Translations under genes and position numbers: made by a program
Shown here: positions 11,360-24,145 of the stretch, in pieces
Numbering within the stretch: the first letter of the stretch is position 1
How the letters are laid out: each line of letters starts with the position of its first letter
Notes under the pieces: generated by a model
What the model was told of the DNA's origin: nothing
Seen by the model: only the letters and a program-made list of their open reading frames with translations
Databases searched by the model: none
Source: Octopus sinensis
Taxonomy: Eukaryota
Assembly (NCBI RefSeq): GCF_006345805.1
Contig: NC_042999.1
Location: forward strand, 74,090,001 to 74,154,000
DNA length: 64,000 nt
Direction of reading: 5' to 3'

Positions 11360-13095
11360 TACTATTGGCCATATACTTTTCCTGTGACTGTCTCACTAGG
11401 AAGATGACATCAGTCCTACACCTCCTGAATACAAAACCAAACTGTATCTCATCTAGTGTAATTCTATTTCTAATCAATTGGGCTATAACTCTCTCTTTAA
11501 CTTTCATGACTTGGTCATGCAGTTCAATACCTCTGTAGTTGTTTCTATTTAAGGGATGACATCTTTCTGAAAACCTGATTAACTATGTGAGTGCCTTGGC
11601 TTGGATATTTTAATCATCTTGGCAGTGATATCCAATGGTCCAGGGGCTTTCCCTGTCTTCACATCCTTAATTGTTTTATCTTTTATACTGCTATCATCAC
11701 TGATGTCTGGTCCCTCAATTGGCTTGATATTTGAAAGACTCCCCTTCTCCCATTCATTTTCCACATTTAGTAACCTTTTATAGTGGCACTTCCATGCATC
11801 TTTCTTTTCTGAGTCACTAAGTGCAAGCTGCTATCCATGTCGAGGGACCACTGACATGATATTCACCACCCGCCAGCTCCAGGAGAAATGCATGGAGCAG
11901 CACCTTGACCTCTGCATGACCTTTGATGACCTCACCAGGGCTTTCGATACAGTCAGTCGGGAGGGACTCTGGAAGGTCATGGGAAAATTTGGTTGCCCCA
12001 GTAAATTTATTGCAATTGTCCGCCAGTTCCACGACGGAATGACAGCCAGAGTCCTTGAAGATGGCAACTCATCTGAAGTCTTCCAGGTGACCAACGGAGT
12101 CAGGCAGGGCTGTGTCCTGGCCCCAACACTGTTCAGCATCATGTTCTCGGCAATGCTGTCCGACGCCTTCAGGGACTGCAAGTCCGGTATTGACATCAAG
12201 TACAGGACGGACGGGAAATTTTTCAACTCCAGAAGATTGCAGGCCGTCACAAAGGTGAGGGAGACAGTCGTCAGAGACTTTCTCTTTGCTGACGACTGCG
12301 CCCATAACGCAATCGATGAGCAGGAGATGCAGCTCGGGATGGACAGGTTCTCATCAGCCAGTGACAACTTCGGTCTCACCATCAGTGCCAAGAAAACTGA
12401 AGTGATGTTTCAGCCAGCCCCCGGCAAACAATACCATGAGCCTCAGATAAAGGTGAACGGATGGATCCTACGAGCGGTGGAAAACTTCACCTACCTGGGC
12501 AGCACTCTCTCCTGCAATGCCAACATAGATGCTGAAATCATCAACAGAATCTCCAAGGCAAGCAGCGCGTTTGGGAGACTGCGAAAGAAAGTCTGGGAGT
12601 GGAGAGGAATCAGCCTCAACACCAAGCTGAAAGTCTACCGGGCAGTCGTGCTTACCACCCTACTATATGGCTGTGAGACGAACATTATTATTATTATTAT
12701 TATTATAGTGGCACTTCCACGCATCTTTCTTTTCTGAGTCACTAAGTGCAAGCTGCTATCCATTTGCACACATTTCTCACCCACCACATCTCTATTCTTT
12801 CTGATACACTGCTTTGTAATCCTGAACACCTCACGCCTCTGATTTTCACTCTGTAGAACATTGGCAAACTTCTTACCTTCAGCTATTCCTTTTGCTATGT
12901 AAACCACTCACCTAGCCTCTCTTCTAGTTACCCAATATAATTCTCTGCTACCACTGTTTTTCCAGTCTTTCCAGCTCTATTTGCTTTTATAGTGCTATCC
13001 ACCTCCTTGTCCCACCACTATGTCACCCGTGGTCTTGGTGGGACTTTGCGCTAGCCACAGATTTAGTATGCAGTCCTTAGTAGATTGTCCCATTT
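11360..13095 (-). mobile_element. Old RTE-like LINE fragment (host of a younger insertion)
   Basis: Minus-strand KTGKAPGPLDITAKMIK and EVFRITKQCIRKNRDVVGEKCV; interrupted at a 61-bp duplication. Confidence 0.7.
11839..12702 (+). mobile_element. Young RTE-clade reverse transcriptase fragment with (TTA)n tail and 61-bp flanking duplication
   Basis: Open ORF 11856-12683 with FDDLTRAFDTV, GVRQGCVLAPTLF, FLFADD, FTYLGS, LLYGCET; direct repeats 11778-11838 and 12703-12763. Confidence 0.93.
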
Positions 13096-14075
13096 AAGTA
13101 TATATAAGTATTTGTGTGTGTGTGTATGTGGGCATGAGTATGCATAGGTAAATATATACATGTATGCATGTATGTCTGTGTGTAGAGAGACAGAAACCTG
13201 ATTTTAAGTTGATGTATGTGTATATATATATACACCTATATCCACTGAGGTAGGTATGAGCATCCATATGTGTATATGTGTATGTGTAAAGACATATAGA
13301 CGTGTATATGTGTGTATATGCATATAAGTGTTTGAATCTGTATTTGTGGATGAATTAGTCTGTGGTGTGTCATCATAAATCAACCCTGGCTGAATATCTA
13401 CGGGTTGAAATGAAATAGATGTCAACATATACTGACTCAAAGGGGTAATTTAAATACTAAACAGATAAGAACAGAAAACTACACATGTTCGATGCCTTGG
13501 ATGTGTGTTCCTACACAAACATAGCTCTGTCAATGGATGTCTTAGTAGACGCAAGATGCAAATAAGTGAGTATGTTTCTTTTATGTTCTGCATCTATGTG
13601 TGAATATAGATATGAATATATGGGTACCCTAAATTATTTGCTTTGTGAAAAGATAAAGGTTGGCTTAAGTCAGTTTGAATGTTCTATTGTGTCTTGTATT
13701 TTGTGCTTCTTGTTCTATCCCCTTTGCATGGTTGTTTATGGTTTTGATTTAACTGTTTTTCATTATCAGTGTAAAATATTAATTTACGTTTTCTTATATT
13801 TTTTATTTGTTGTAAGTCACTTTATTGTTTATATGAGAAGAGTTCTACATTATAACCTAGTTTATCGTATAGGTAAGTAGTAAACTGCAACTACCAAAAT
13901 GTATTCTAATAGAAACAAATGAAACAGATAAAAAATCTTTTGATAAGCTACCTGACAAAACACATATGCACCTAGGATGCACCACAACTGTTTGTACAGC
14001 GTCTCTGATGCATGATGGGTAGAAACGATCATAGTGAATACCATTTTCTTTCTCTCATATTTTATGTGCATGCAC

Positions 14076-14132
<57 letters not shown>

Positions 14133-14394
14133 TATACACACACATATATATGCTATGTTAAGATTCAGGTAAATAAGGCACGTAAATGGTAAGACACCAA
14201 GTCGGGTTAAAATTAAAGTGCATACACAACAACTATAGACAAATACAAACATACCCATTGTTTGTTTTATATATATGTGTGTGTGTATGTATGTATATAT
14301 ATGAAATAATTAAGATTCAGTTGAATAAGTACTTAAGTTGAAGTACCAAGTCAGTCCGGTATTATCCGCACAGCTCGAAGTAAGGTGAATAAAA

Positions 14395-14845
14395 TCAAAA
14401 TAAGCAACAAGATATCATGTAGTAATACTGTACAACCGTTTTAAGTGGTTCCATTTAATTGAACAATGCAATCATTACGTCAATTTAAAAGCAGTGCCAT
14501 CTTCAGCTGCACAAATAAATAAATAGAATTTTATTTAATAGGACACGTTAATATAATTTTTCTCAAATATTTTAACAGAGCAAGAAGATGGAGGAAATTC
14601 ATGTTGTTGTTATTGTGGCTGAGAATAGACTACACCTCCAAGAATCACATGAAGCCTATTGGGGTCATAGCATTGTAATGGATTGTAATTCATTTCTAAT
14701 TCATTTATCTCTTTATCAACTACTAAATCTAAGACTAGAAAACTGTGTCTATTTTGAATAAAGGATTGCATTGTTCAATTAAATGGAGCCACTTGAAACA
14801 GTTGTATTGCATCACTACTTGATATCTTGTTGCTTACCTTGATTA
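14395..14845. repeat. ~75-bp inverted repeat pair with degenerate hammerhead core (Penelope-type terminal repeat remnant)
   Basis: 14401-14473 is the reverse complement of 14764-14837; minus strand reads GTGCAG CTGAAGA TGGCAC...TAAAACGGTTGTAC. Confidence 0.55.
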
Positions 14846-15119
14846 TATACTCACACACATATATATAAAACTTATATGTTAATACAAATTTGGTGTGTGT
14901 TGCGTTCTATTATTTGATAAATGAAAAAAATTGCATAAATAAACGGTGTAATGTATATTGAATGTAAAAACGAAGGGAGACAAACAGAAAGTTTGTATAT
15001 ATGTATATATCTGATGGCAGTCTCTTTTAGTCCAAGGACGACAGCTCTGAAATTTCTTGCAATACAAGCTGCAGAAATGAGTTGTTCAACATGATCAAAT
15101 GTGTGTGCTGTACATTGGC

Positions 15120-16310
15120 TTGCTCACTCCATCAAATCAACATTGCCTGAACAGGCGCCCAGTGTTTCAGAGATCACATGTCGAAGTGATCTCAGAGCAA
15201 CATGAGGAAGTGTTTTACTCAAGAACTCAATGCAACATCCCATTCGGGAATTGAAAGCATGACCTTGCAATCGTAAGTGTAACACTTTAACTACTAGGCC
15301 ATGCACTCTCCACACACACACACACACACACTCACACTCACACACACACACACACACACACATACACAAACACACACACACATCTATACGACAGGCTTAT
15401 TTCAGTTTCTGTCTACTAAATCCAGTCACAAGTCTTTGGCCAGCCTGAGGCTATATTAGAAGACACTTGCCCAAGGTGTTACTCAGTGGGTCTGAACCCA
15501 GAACCATGTGGTTGGGAAGCAAGCTTATAACTACACAGATGCATGTATATGTATGTGTGTGAGTGTGTGTATGTGTGTGTGTGTGTATGTGTGTGTGTGT
15601 ATTCTTAATGTCCACTTTGCTATATTTGCTGGGTCAGAAGAAATTTGTTGAGGCAGATTTACCATGACTAGATTCTTTACCTCATGCCAAGCCATACTTG
15701 TTTCCAAGCAAGATAATATTTCCCTTAGTTCTTTGAGCACGAATAACACAATGGCGTGATATATTTCCATCGAAGATTGCAAACAAATGACAATGATTAC
15801 ATGATGGAGATCATTATCATCATCATCATTTAACGTCCATTTTCCATGCTAGCATGGGTTGGATGGTTCGACCGGGGTCTTGTAAGCCATGGAGGCTGCA
15901 CCAGGCTCCAGATGTTTGCTTATACTTAGCATACAATATCAAGGCAAGGAAACAGGATCATACACTTGCAGACAATCACACACACACACACACACATAAA
16001 CACACATGCACACACATGTCTATATATATATTATAGGGCTGATGTAGTTTTTTTATGTCTCAAACCTATTTACAAGGTCAATCTGAGGTTATAGAAGAAG
16101 ATACTTGACCCAAAGTGTTGTACAGTGGGACTGAACTCAAAGTCATTTGGTTGCAAAGTGATATATAATTGGCTTCTGCAAAATTCCATCTTCCAAATTC
16201 ACTCACCATAGATCAGTAAGAGACACTTGTCCAAGGTGCCATGCAGTGGGAATGATCCTGAAGTCATGTGATCATATGGCAAACTGCAAAACCAGACAGC
16301 TATGCCTGTG
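15120..16310 (-). mobile_element. Cluster of tRNA-derived SINE copies and (CA)n microsatellites
   Basis: Recurrent GACACTTGCCCAAGGTG...CAGTGGG..TGAACCC (reverse B-box) at ~15460, 16100 and 16220; same family at 35600-35735 (-) and 46415-46580 (+). Confidence 0.7.
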
Positions 16311-16503
16311 CTTACAAACACATGCACACATACAATACATGCACACATACAATACATGCATGCAAATTACACATACACATATACTGCAACACATGCACAC
16401 ACATGCATGAAATATAGATGCTCATGAAACACACAGGCACATGCACACCAACATGTGAAATAATTGGATAATAAAATATTTTAAATAGAAATTATTTCCT
16501 TAC

Positions 16504-16754
16504 CATTTTCATTTTGACCCCAACCAGTAATATAGTAGTCTCTTTCTAAGGTGGCAGGGTTTTCTGGAAGACAAATTGGTTGCACATCATCTGTCAATGT
16601 AATTCCACTTTTCACATAAAGAAGTGCTATGTCATAACCATGTCCGTAATAACTATAGTCAGGATGTATCAATACTTGGGTCACCGTATACCGTTTTCCT
16701 TCACCCTTGTTTATGGATCCAACTCTAACATAATATGAGTTAGAGGAGTAGCTC
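16504..16754 (-). CDS. Host protease exon: trypsin domain with catalytic Asp (DIALL), QPICLP, ITGWG
   Basis: ttttag acceptor, gtaagg donor; SYSSNSYYVRVGSINKGEGKRYTVTQVLIHPDY...GYDIALL...VQPICLP...YITGWGQNEN; phase 2 matches the exon ending at 30444. Confidence 0.93.
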
Positions 16755-17879
16755 CTAAAAGAAAGAAAAACACTGTTGTAGCAACAACAACAACGACAGC
16801 AGCAGCAACAACAACTGCAGCAGCAGCCGCCAAGAACAAAGGATCACAGTGAATAACAAATATCATTGACATGTGACAGCAAGATGCCTGGGAAGATAGA
16901 TGAAATCTGAAACCATCGAGAAGCAGGAGTTATGATTCCACAAAATCAATGAAAGAAAAGTATGTTTTAATGTAAGTTATTTCAAGAAACTGAAAGATTT
17001 TCTTTCATGTATGAAGTATATACATAATAACTTCTCCCAGATGTGCTGCAACAGGAAAATGTGCATGAAAATGTGAACAGTTCACATATATTGAAATCCA
17101 TGTGTTTGCATTTTCCCAAGAACATTTGAACTACTATACCAAAACTGCGAAACTGTGATAAAATTTTTAATCACATATGCATATTTACAAATTCTTTATA
17201 AATATGAAGATTGTTATTTCTTGGTTTCTTGCTTATACGTCATTGGATATAATGCTTATACAACCCACACGTGGACACGTACTAAACAAACACTGAATGC
17301 ATGGAATTTAAATGACTTTCATAAAAGAAGCAACAGGCTTCATTCCTTCTAAACAGTGAAACAATAATGATCGGTGTTCGGTGATATAGTTATAAATAAG
17401 GAATAAAGAATAAAAGTGAAAAGAATAGTGGTGAATTTGATTCTGTGAGTCTCGGGCAGCTGCGTTATGAAAGAAACTTTAATGCACGTTCAGAAGCAGC
17501 GTTCTCTCAAAAAGTTTAATGCTGGTCCATATCTTAATATTACTAGCAAAATGAATAACAACCCCCCCACACACACACACACAAAAAAGAATGATGGACT
17601 GATGACGATGACTACAATGTAATACCCAATAAAATGAACAACATTAACAACATGATCCACACAGGCTCAATACCCACAAGAAGACAACTTGCACTACACA
17701 CACAGCGCACAGCACAAACACTAATACAACAGAAGACTCAAACCAAACCCCCATAACAAAACATACTACTGCAATAGAACATAACCCATATGACTAAAAA
17801 AAATGTTGCAGGCACCTCAGCGGCACAAAAATGTCACAAGTGATCCAACTGAAACTTACTTGAAACTATCAGATGTCGA

Positions 17880-20877
17880 ATAATAATAGTAGTGATGACA
17901 ATGGTGATGAACATTACCTTACCTCAGTTTAGGAGAGACGTGTGTTTGCAGAGAAACTCAGGTGGTAACAATGAAAATGTGGCTAGACCTTTAAGGAAAG
18001 GTCTCTGGCTCAGCAGTGGTTCAGTACAGAGGCAGACTGACCAAAATAATAATAGTACTAACGATCAGGAAGAGGCAATTGGAACCAATGACTTAAGTGA
18101 AGAAGATTTTAGATGAGTTGCAGGAAGAAATGTGTAATGAAAAAATGTGATATTAAAAAGTATCAATTGAAAGAAGTTGCTAGATATGACTAAGAAAGTA
18201 GATTCTGTTATCAGTAGGATAGATACTAAAAATATAGGTGACACTAACTTATTGATCTCTACAGGAAGAGGAGAAGTAGTTACTAAAAGATTAGATACTC
18301 CTCAAAAAAAGATTAGGAAGGAGTAAATGAGGAAAAGGAGATTAGAAAATAAAGTGAAGCTTTTAATACAAGATCTGAGTAGAATAGATGCCTGGAAACT
18401 GAATAAGTTAGTAAACGCAAGATCTAAATCTTCTCTTGAGAAAAAAAGGGTTTGGAATAGTCATAGAAGAGTTGAAACATCGTATGATAGAAATTATAGG
18501 TAATCTTTCCAGATATCAAAAAAGAATAGATCAGTATCAGCACATCAGATTCTTTGAGATAAAAAGTGTAGAAGAAAATACCGAAGATGAGAAGCCTAAT
18601 GCAGAAAACACTAGAAGTTTCTGGAATGATATTTGAGATAAGGCAGTTAATCATAATGGATATGCAGCATGGTTAAAGAAAGTAAGGGAAGAAGTAGCTA
18701 GTTAGAGGCAGCCAAATCTTAAAACTAACTGGTGCATTACTGAATAAAGTGCTAGCAAGAATACCGAATTGGAAGAGCCTAGGGGTACTGGTTAAAGAAA
18801 CTTAGTCGGAAACAACTTCAGGATTATGTAAACGGAGGAGTCATCCCCAATTGGATGACTCGAGAGAGAATAGTACACACTATGAAAAACAAGAGCAAGA
18901 GTAATATAGTAAGTAATTATAGACCAATCACTTGTTTACCATCAGTGTGGAAGCTATTAACACGAATACTCTGAAAAAGCTTTTACGAGCACCTCAACAG
19001 CCAGAATTTAATACCAGAAGAGCAGAAAGGTTGCAGGAAGACGATTAGAGGATCTATTATACCTAGCTAAAGCAATTCTAAAAGAAGTGAAATGTAGAAA
19101 GAAAAATTTAACTATAGCATGGATAGATTATAAGAAAGCCAATGACACTATTCCATACTCATGCATAAGTGAATGTTTGAGTATGTTCAGTATTGCAGAT
19201 GATATAGGAGAGTTAATTAGCTATAGCATGAAGAAATGGAAAGTAGATCTCAACTCAGGTGACACAGCCTTGGGGTAAGTCAATATTAAGAGAGGAATTT
19301 TCTAAGGTGACTTGTTATCCCCTTTAATATTTGTGTTATTCTTAATTCACCTCAGTTTAGTACTATGGCGAGGTATCACTCTAGAGATAGTAAAGGAAAA
19401 ATTAACCATTTGTTCTACATGAATGATCTGAAGCTTTTTAGTAAGAATAAAAAGAAATAAATTCCTCAATACAAATCACAAGCTTTTTGGCAAAGATATA
19501 GGTATGGAATTGGGCATAGATAAGCATGCAATATTAGTCGTAACAAGAGTCAGGTAGTCAGCAGTGAAGGCATCCAATTATCAGATGACCAGTCAATAAA
19601 ATCACAGAGAGAAAGAGAGAGTTATAAGTATCTAAAAGTATTAGAATCTGATAAAGTTCTAACTATAGAAATGAGAATGAAAATTGAGGAGTGTATCAGA
19701 AGGGTGAGGAGCTAGTGAAGTCTCTAAATACTTGAGCAGTATCATTATTTAGATATTCAGTAGCTTTTGTACATTGGACAAAACCTGAATAAGAAAATCG
19801 AAACAAGAGAACTTGGAAGGAATTTAATATGAATGGAGGATTCACTCAAGAGCAAGAGTTACAAGACTATACTTATCCAGAAAGAAAGATGTTGCGGTTT
19901 AATATCAGTGGCAGACTATGAAGTTAGCTAAGCTAAAGTAGATATATTATCCTGTAAGTAATAGTGAAGAAAGTTTATTAAGAGTTATTAGAGTAACAGG
20001 GCACAAGGAAACCTTGAGCCAAATGAAGTAAGAAGCAGAAAAAGGAAGAAAGATGATCTGAATAGCAAGGGAAGGCTTTGCATGATAGATTCCAAAAGAT
20101 AGTTTCTGAAATTAGTAATAGTGAGACATGGTTATGATTGAAAAAAGGGAGGCTGAAAAAGGAGCCAGAAAGCTTGTTAGTAGCAGCAGCACAAGATTAA
20201 GTATTGAGGACTAATTAAATAAAAGCCAAGGTAGACAAAAACCAGTTAAGATTCCCAATGTAGGTTATGTAAATCAAAAGAAGAAGATGTTATTTATATA
20301 GTAAACGAATGTCACATGCTGACACAGAAAAATACAAGAAAAGACATAACAACTTAGGGAGAATAATCCATTGGTAGTTATGTAGAAAGCTAGGATTTGA
20401 CCATATTGATAAGTGGTATAAACATTATTCTACTAAAGTAATAGGAAGTAAGAAATATAAAATATAGGATTCTTAAATTCACACTGACAAAAAAATAAAA
20501 GCTAGGAGTCCTGATTTAGTAGTAGAAGACAAAGAGGATAGAAAGTGCCAGGTAATTGACGTTACAGTCCCAGTCAATATGGGAGGTATAGAGAAAATAG
20601 TAAAGTACCAGGACCTAGTCATTGAGTTACAGAGGCTATGGAAAGTGTGGGTAAAATGTACCTCTCTACTAATTGGTGCAGTTGCAACTATCCCTAAAAA
20701 TTTGAACAAATGGATAGAGGAAATAGGCATAAAACCTAGTTTAGTGCAGCTCCAAAAACATTGTTATTAGGGACAGCCAGGATATTTAGGAAGATTCTTG
20801 GCATCTAAAGTTACTTATTGTAGCCCGCTGTTAGGAATTTGTCTTTTCCAACAGTCTAATCTGTTGCACGCATATGA

Positions 20878-20927
<50 letters not shown>

Positions 20928-20957
20928 TAATTTTAATAATAATAATAATAATAATAA
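17880..20957 (+). mobile_element. Decayed Dong/R4-clade non-LTR retrotransposon (RT + restriction-like endonuclease) with (TAA)n tail
   Basis: NYRPITCL, AWIDYKKA, GDLLSPL, HLFYMNDLKL, CRLC..E, RHNN, PDLVV..IDV.VP; tail 20878-20957. Confidence 0.88.
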
Positions 20958-20959
20958 CT

Positions 20960-22191
20960 AGCAGTATAACTTGGCTTTGCTCAGGATTAAGTTCGGATTA
21001 TTAAGCTGATCAAATTCTTATTTCAAATCAAACTAAGTAACATTGACGTCAAATTTGGGCGAAAATAGATACTAAGACCAGAAAAAAGTTGACAGTACAT
21101 GGAGCCTTCCACCCAAAGAGTGACATCAATAGGCTGTACTTAACCAGAAGAAAGGGTGGGAGAAGTTTAATCAGTTGCCAGGACTGTTTCGAAGATGAGG
21201 AAAACAGCCTAGAATAGTATATAAAAAAATGCCATGGAGTCACTGTTGAAACACATGAAGAAGGCCGGTGTCATCAACACTGAAAATTGTGTGACTAAAG
21301 AAAAATTTAAACAAGAAATGAACAAAAAAAAAAAAGAAAAAGCCTGGAAGGAAAAGAAAATGTATGGTTAGTTTTGAAGAGATGTGTATGCCAAGACAGA
21401 TGCAGAGACTGGTGGCTATGGATGTGGAGAAGTGACCTGAAGGTAAAAACAGAAACACTCATATGTGCAGCTCAGGAACAAGCACTAAGGACCAACTATA
21501 TGAAGTGCGCAACAGATAACACTACTGACAGCGATAAATGCAGTATGTGTGGTGAGAGGTGTGAAATGGTAGGTACATTGTAAGCAAATGCCTGAAATTG
21601 GCATGGCGTAAATACAAAGACGCCATAACAATGTGGCAAGAATAATCTATTGGTTGCTCTGTGGAAACCATGGCCTACAAAAAGCAAAGACATGGTATCA
21701 GCAAACTCCAGAAAGAGTCACCGAAAATGAGAATTGCAAAATCTGGTGGTATGCAATGATCCAGTGCAATAACCTGACCAGACATTAGAAATCAGACATT
21801 GTTGTGATGAATAAAAAAGAAAGAACATGTATGATAACTGACATAGCATGCCCTTGTGACAAGATCAATATGAAAAAGAAGAAAAAATGAACAACTATGA
21901 CGATTTGAAGTGGGAAATACGAAGGTTCTGGTCAATGAGGAGGGTAGACATGATACCAATAGTAATTAGCGTACTTGGAAGTATTAGCTCTCAACTTCTA
22001 ACATGGCTGAAAAAGATTGGTGCAAGTGTGAAGGTAGAACACCTGTAAAACCAACATTTCTTGGAACTGCAAGAATTCATCGCAGGATTCTTGAACAATG
22101 ACCAGTAATCAAGTGTCACTTAAGTCTGCTGGCTGAGGACAGCTGACACTTTCCATCATAACCAGCAAAATAAGCTGTGAGTTTTCATATA

Positions 22192-22275
<84 letters not shown>
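20960..22275 (+). mobile_element. 5'-truncated Dong/R4 copy (different subfamily) with (CTA)n(TAA)n tail
   Basis: HPKSDINRLYLTRRKGGR, ETLICAAQEQALRTNY, CSMC, RHNN, DIVV..DIACP. Confidence 0.85.
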
Positions 22276-22452
22276 GTGCAGGGAACAAATAGGGGCTGCA
22301 ATAAGGGTGGAGCACTTGCAGAAAACAGCACTGCTTGGAACTGCTCGAATACTCCAGAAGGTGCTCGAAAAATAAGAGGTGTTACCTTAGTTCACTGGTA
22401 GTGAACAGCTGACACTGTACTACATCTCCAGCGTTAGAAGCTGTGCAAAGGC

Positions 22453-22499
<47 letters not shown>

Positions 22500-23009
22500 T
22501 GATGATGATAATAATAATTTACCAGACATAGTCATTAAAGACAGAGAAGAAAATACTTGTAGACTACTAGATGTAAGTGTTCCCAATGATAAAAATATAT
22601 CTGCAAAAGAATTTGACAAATTAAGTAAATATAAGGACCTGGAAATTGAAATAAAAAAGTTGTGGTATCTTAAAGTAAGAACCGTTCCTGTTATTGGGAG
22701 TGCCTAGGTATGATAAGAAAGGGATGTCAGAAACATCTTAGATAATATCCCAGGAGAATCATGTCTCAGAGAAATCTAAAAGATTATGCTAGCAAGTACT
22801 GCTAACATCCTTAGAAAAACCCTATCATTTTAAATGTACGTGTTGTATTACATGAAAATATTTTGCTACTACCCTTGCTACTTGCCCTCCCCAAGCTTTC
22901 AGTCATACTCTAACATCTCTTATCCTTCACTCACTCAAGGACACTGGGTGTCTTGTTGAGTGATTGTAACATACATGCAGATTAAAAAACTAGACAATAA
23001 TAATGATAA

Positions 23010-23095
<86 letters not shown>

Positions 23096-23645
23096 ATGGT
23101 AGTGGTAGTAATAATTGAGTCAGTACCAGGCAGTAGCTCTAATGGCTTCTCATATTAACTGATTGGAATTGTTATCATGTACATTGCTTTGTCTTGGTAT
23201 AACAGATGGGCTACAGTAAATATTCTGCTAAATACCACAGATTTCCTTGTCACTTGTTTGACCTTAACCAGTTAAGAATGTCCCTTGGTGGCTGACGATA
23301 TGTGCATCTCTAATCATGAGCAGAAGTAGTGGGGGAGCATCATAGCCATGTGCTGAGAGGAATTCATTGGGGTTTGGATAATTCACCTTTGCAAACATGG
23401 GTGTTTTGTTCAACATCCTTAAACAACCCTTATTCAGGGACCTTTTGAGCAGGATGGGTTACTCGACTTGAAGTAAATTCTAACTGTGCTCCACCTGCAT
23501 CGTCCCATGTTATGCACATATGGTTGTGATGCATGTATCTGGTGTACCCATATCAGACAGGCTGTCATGATGGGTATACTGGGCTTCATATATTTTACTC
23601 GAGTGTCACTTTGATGGCATGCACTGCTCTCTCATTCAATAATAG
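22276..23645 (+). mobile_element. Three further short Dong/R4 3' ends stacked in TAA/TAG repeats
   Basis: LQKTALLGTARIL (22276-22452); PDIVIKD..LLDVSVPND (22518-22995); 3'UTR-like piece 23116-23645 repeated at 24370-25130. Confidence 0.75.
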
Positions 23646-23767
23646 TAATAATATTATTTTTAAAGTTATTTCGAAGGAAATTTTAAATAATCATAGGAAA
23701 CTGAAGATATTATTATTGTTGATTTGGCTCAGATTCATTCTTATTCTGATAGAATTTAGGCAGAAAC

Positions 23768-23968
23768 ATTAGCATGCCAGGCGAAATGCTTAGCAGTATT
23801 TTGCCTGCCATTATCTTATGAGTTCAAATTCCATCGAGGTTGACTTTGCCTTTCATCCTGAAATAAGTACCAGTTATACTCTGGGGTCAATGTAATCGAC
23901 TTAATCCCTTTGTTTGTCCTTGTTTGTCTCCTCTATGTTTAGCCCCCTGTGGGCAATAAAGAAATAAA
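23768..23968 (+). mobile_element. SINE with 3' tail resembling that of the ORF1-only element
   Basis: B-box-like GAGTTCAAATTCC, core GACTTTGCCTTTCATCCT...AAGTACCAG...GGGGTC.AT (also 24850-25050 minus, 35850-36030); ends AGCCCCCTGTGGGCAATAAAGAAAT. Confidence 0.75.
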
Positions 23969-23976
23969 TTTTTATA

Positions 23977-24007
<31 letters not shown>

Positions 24008-24145
24008 GAAAACTCACAGCTTATTTTACTGGGTATGATGGAAAGTGTCAGCTATCCAGAGCCTTGTCTGTTGGCTGTGGACAGCCGACACCTTCCATCA
24101 TACCCAGCGAAATACTCTGCGAGTTTTCATATAATAATAATAATA

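Noticed and set aside
20798-22619. Poly-I/L/V ORFs (also poly-D/M at 38166-38645)
   Set aside because: Translations of (TAA)n, (CTA)n and (GAT)n microsatellites.
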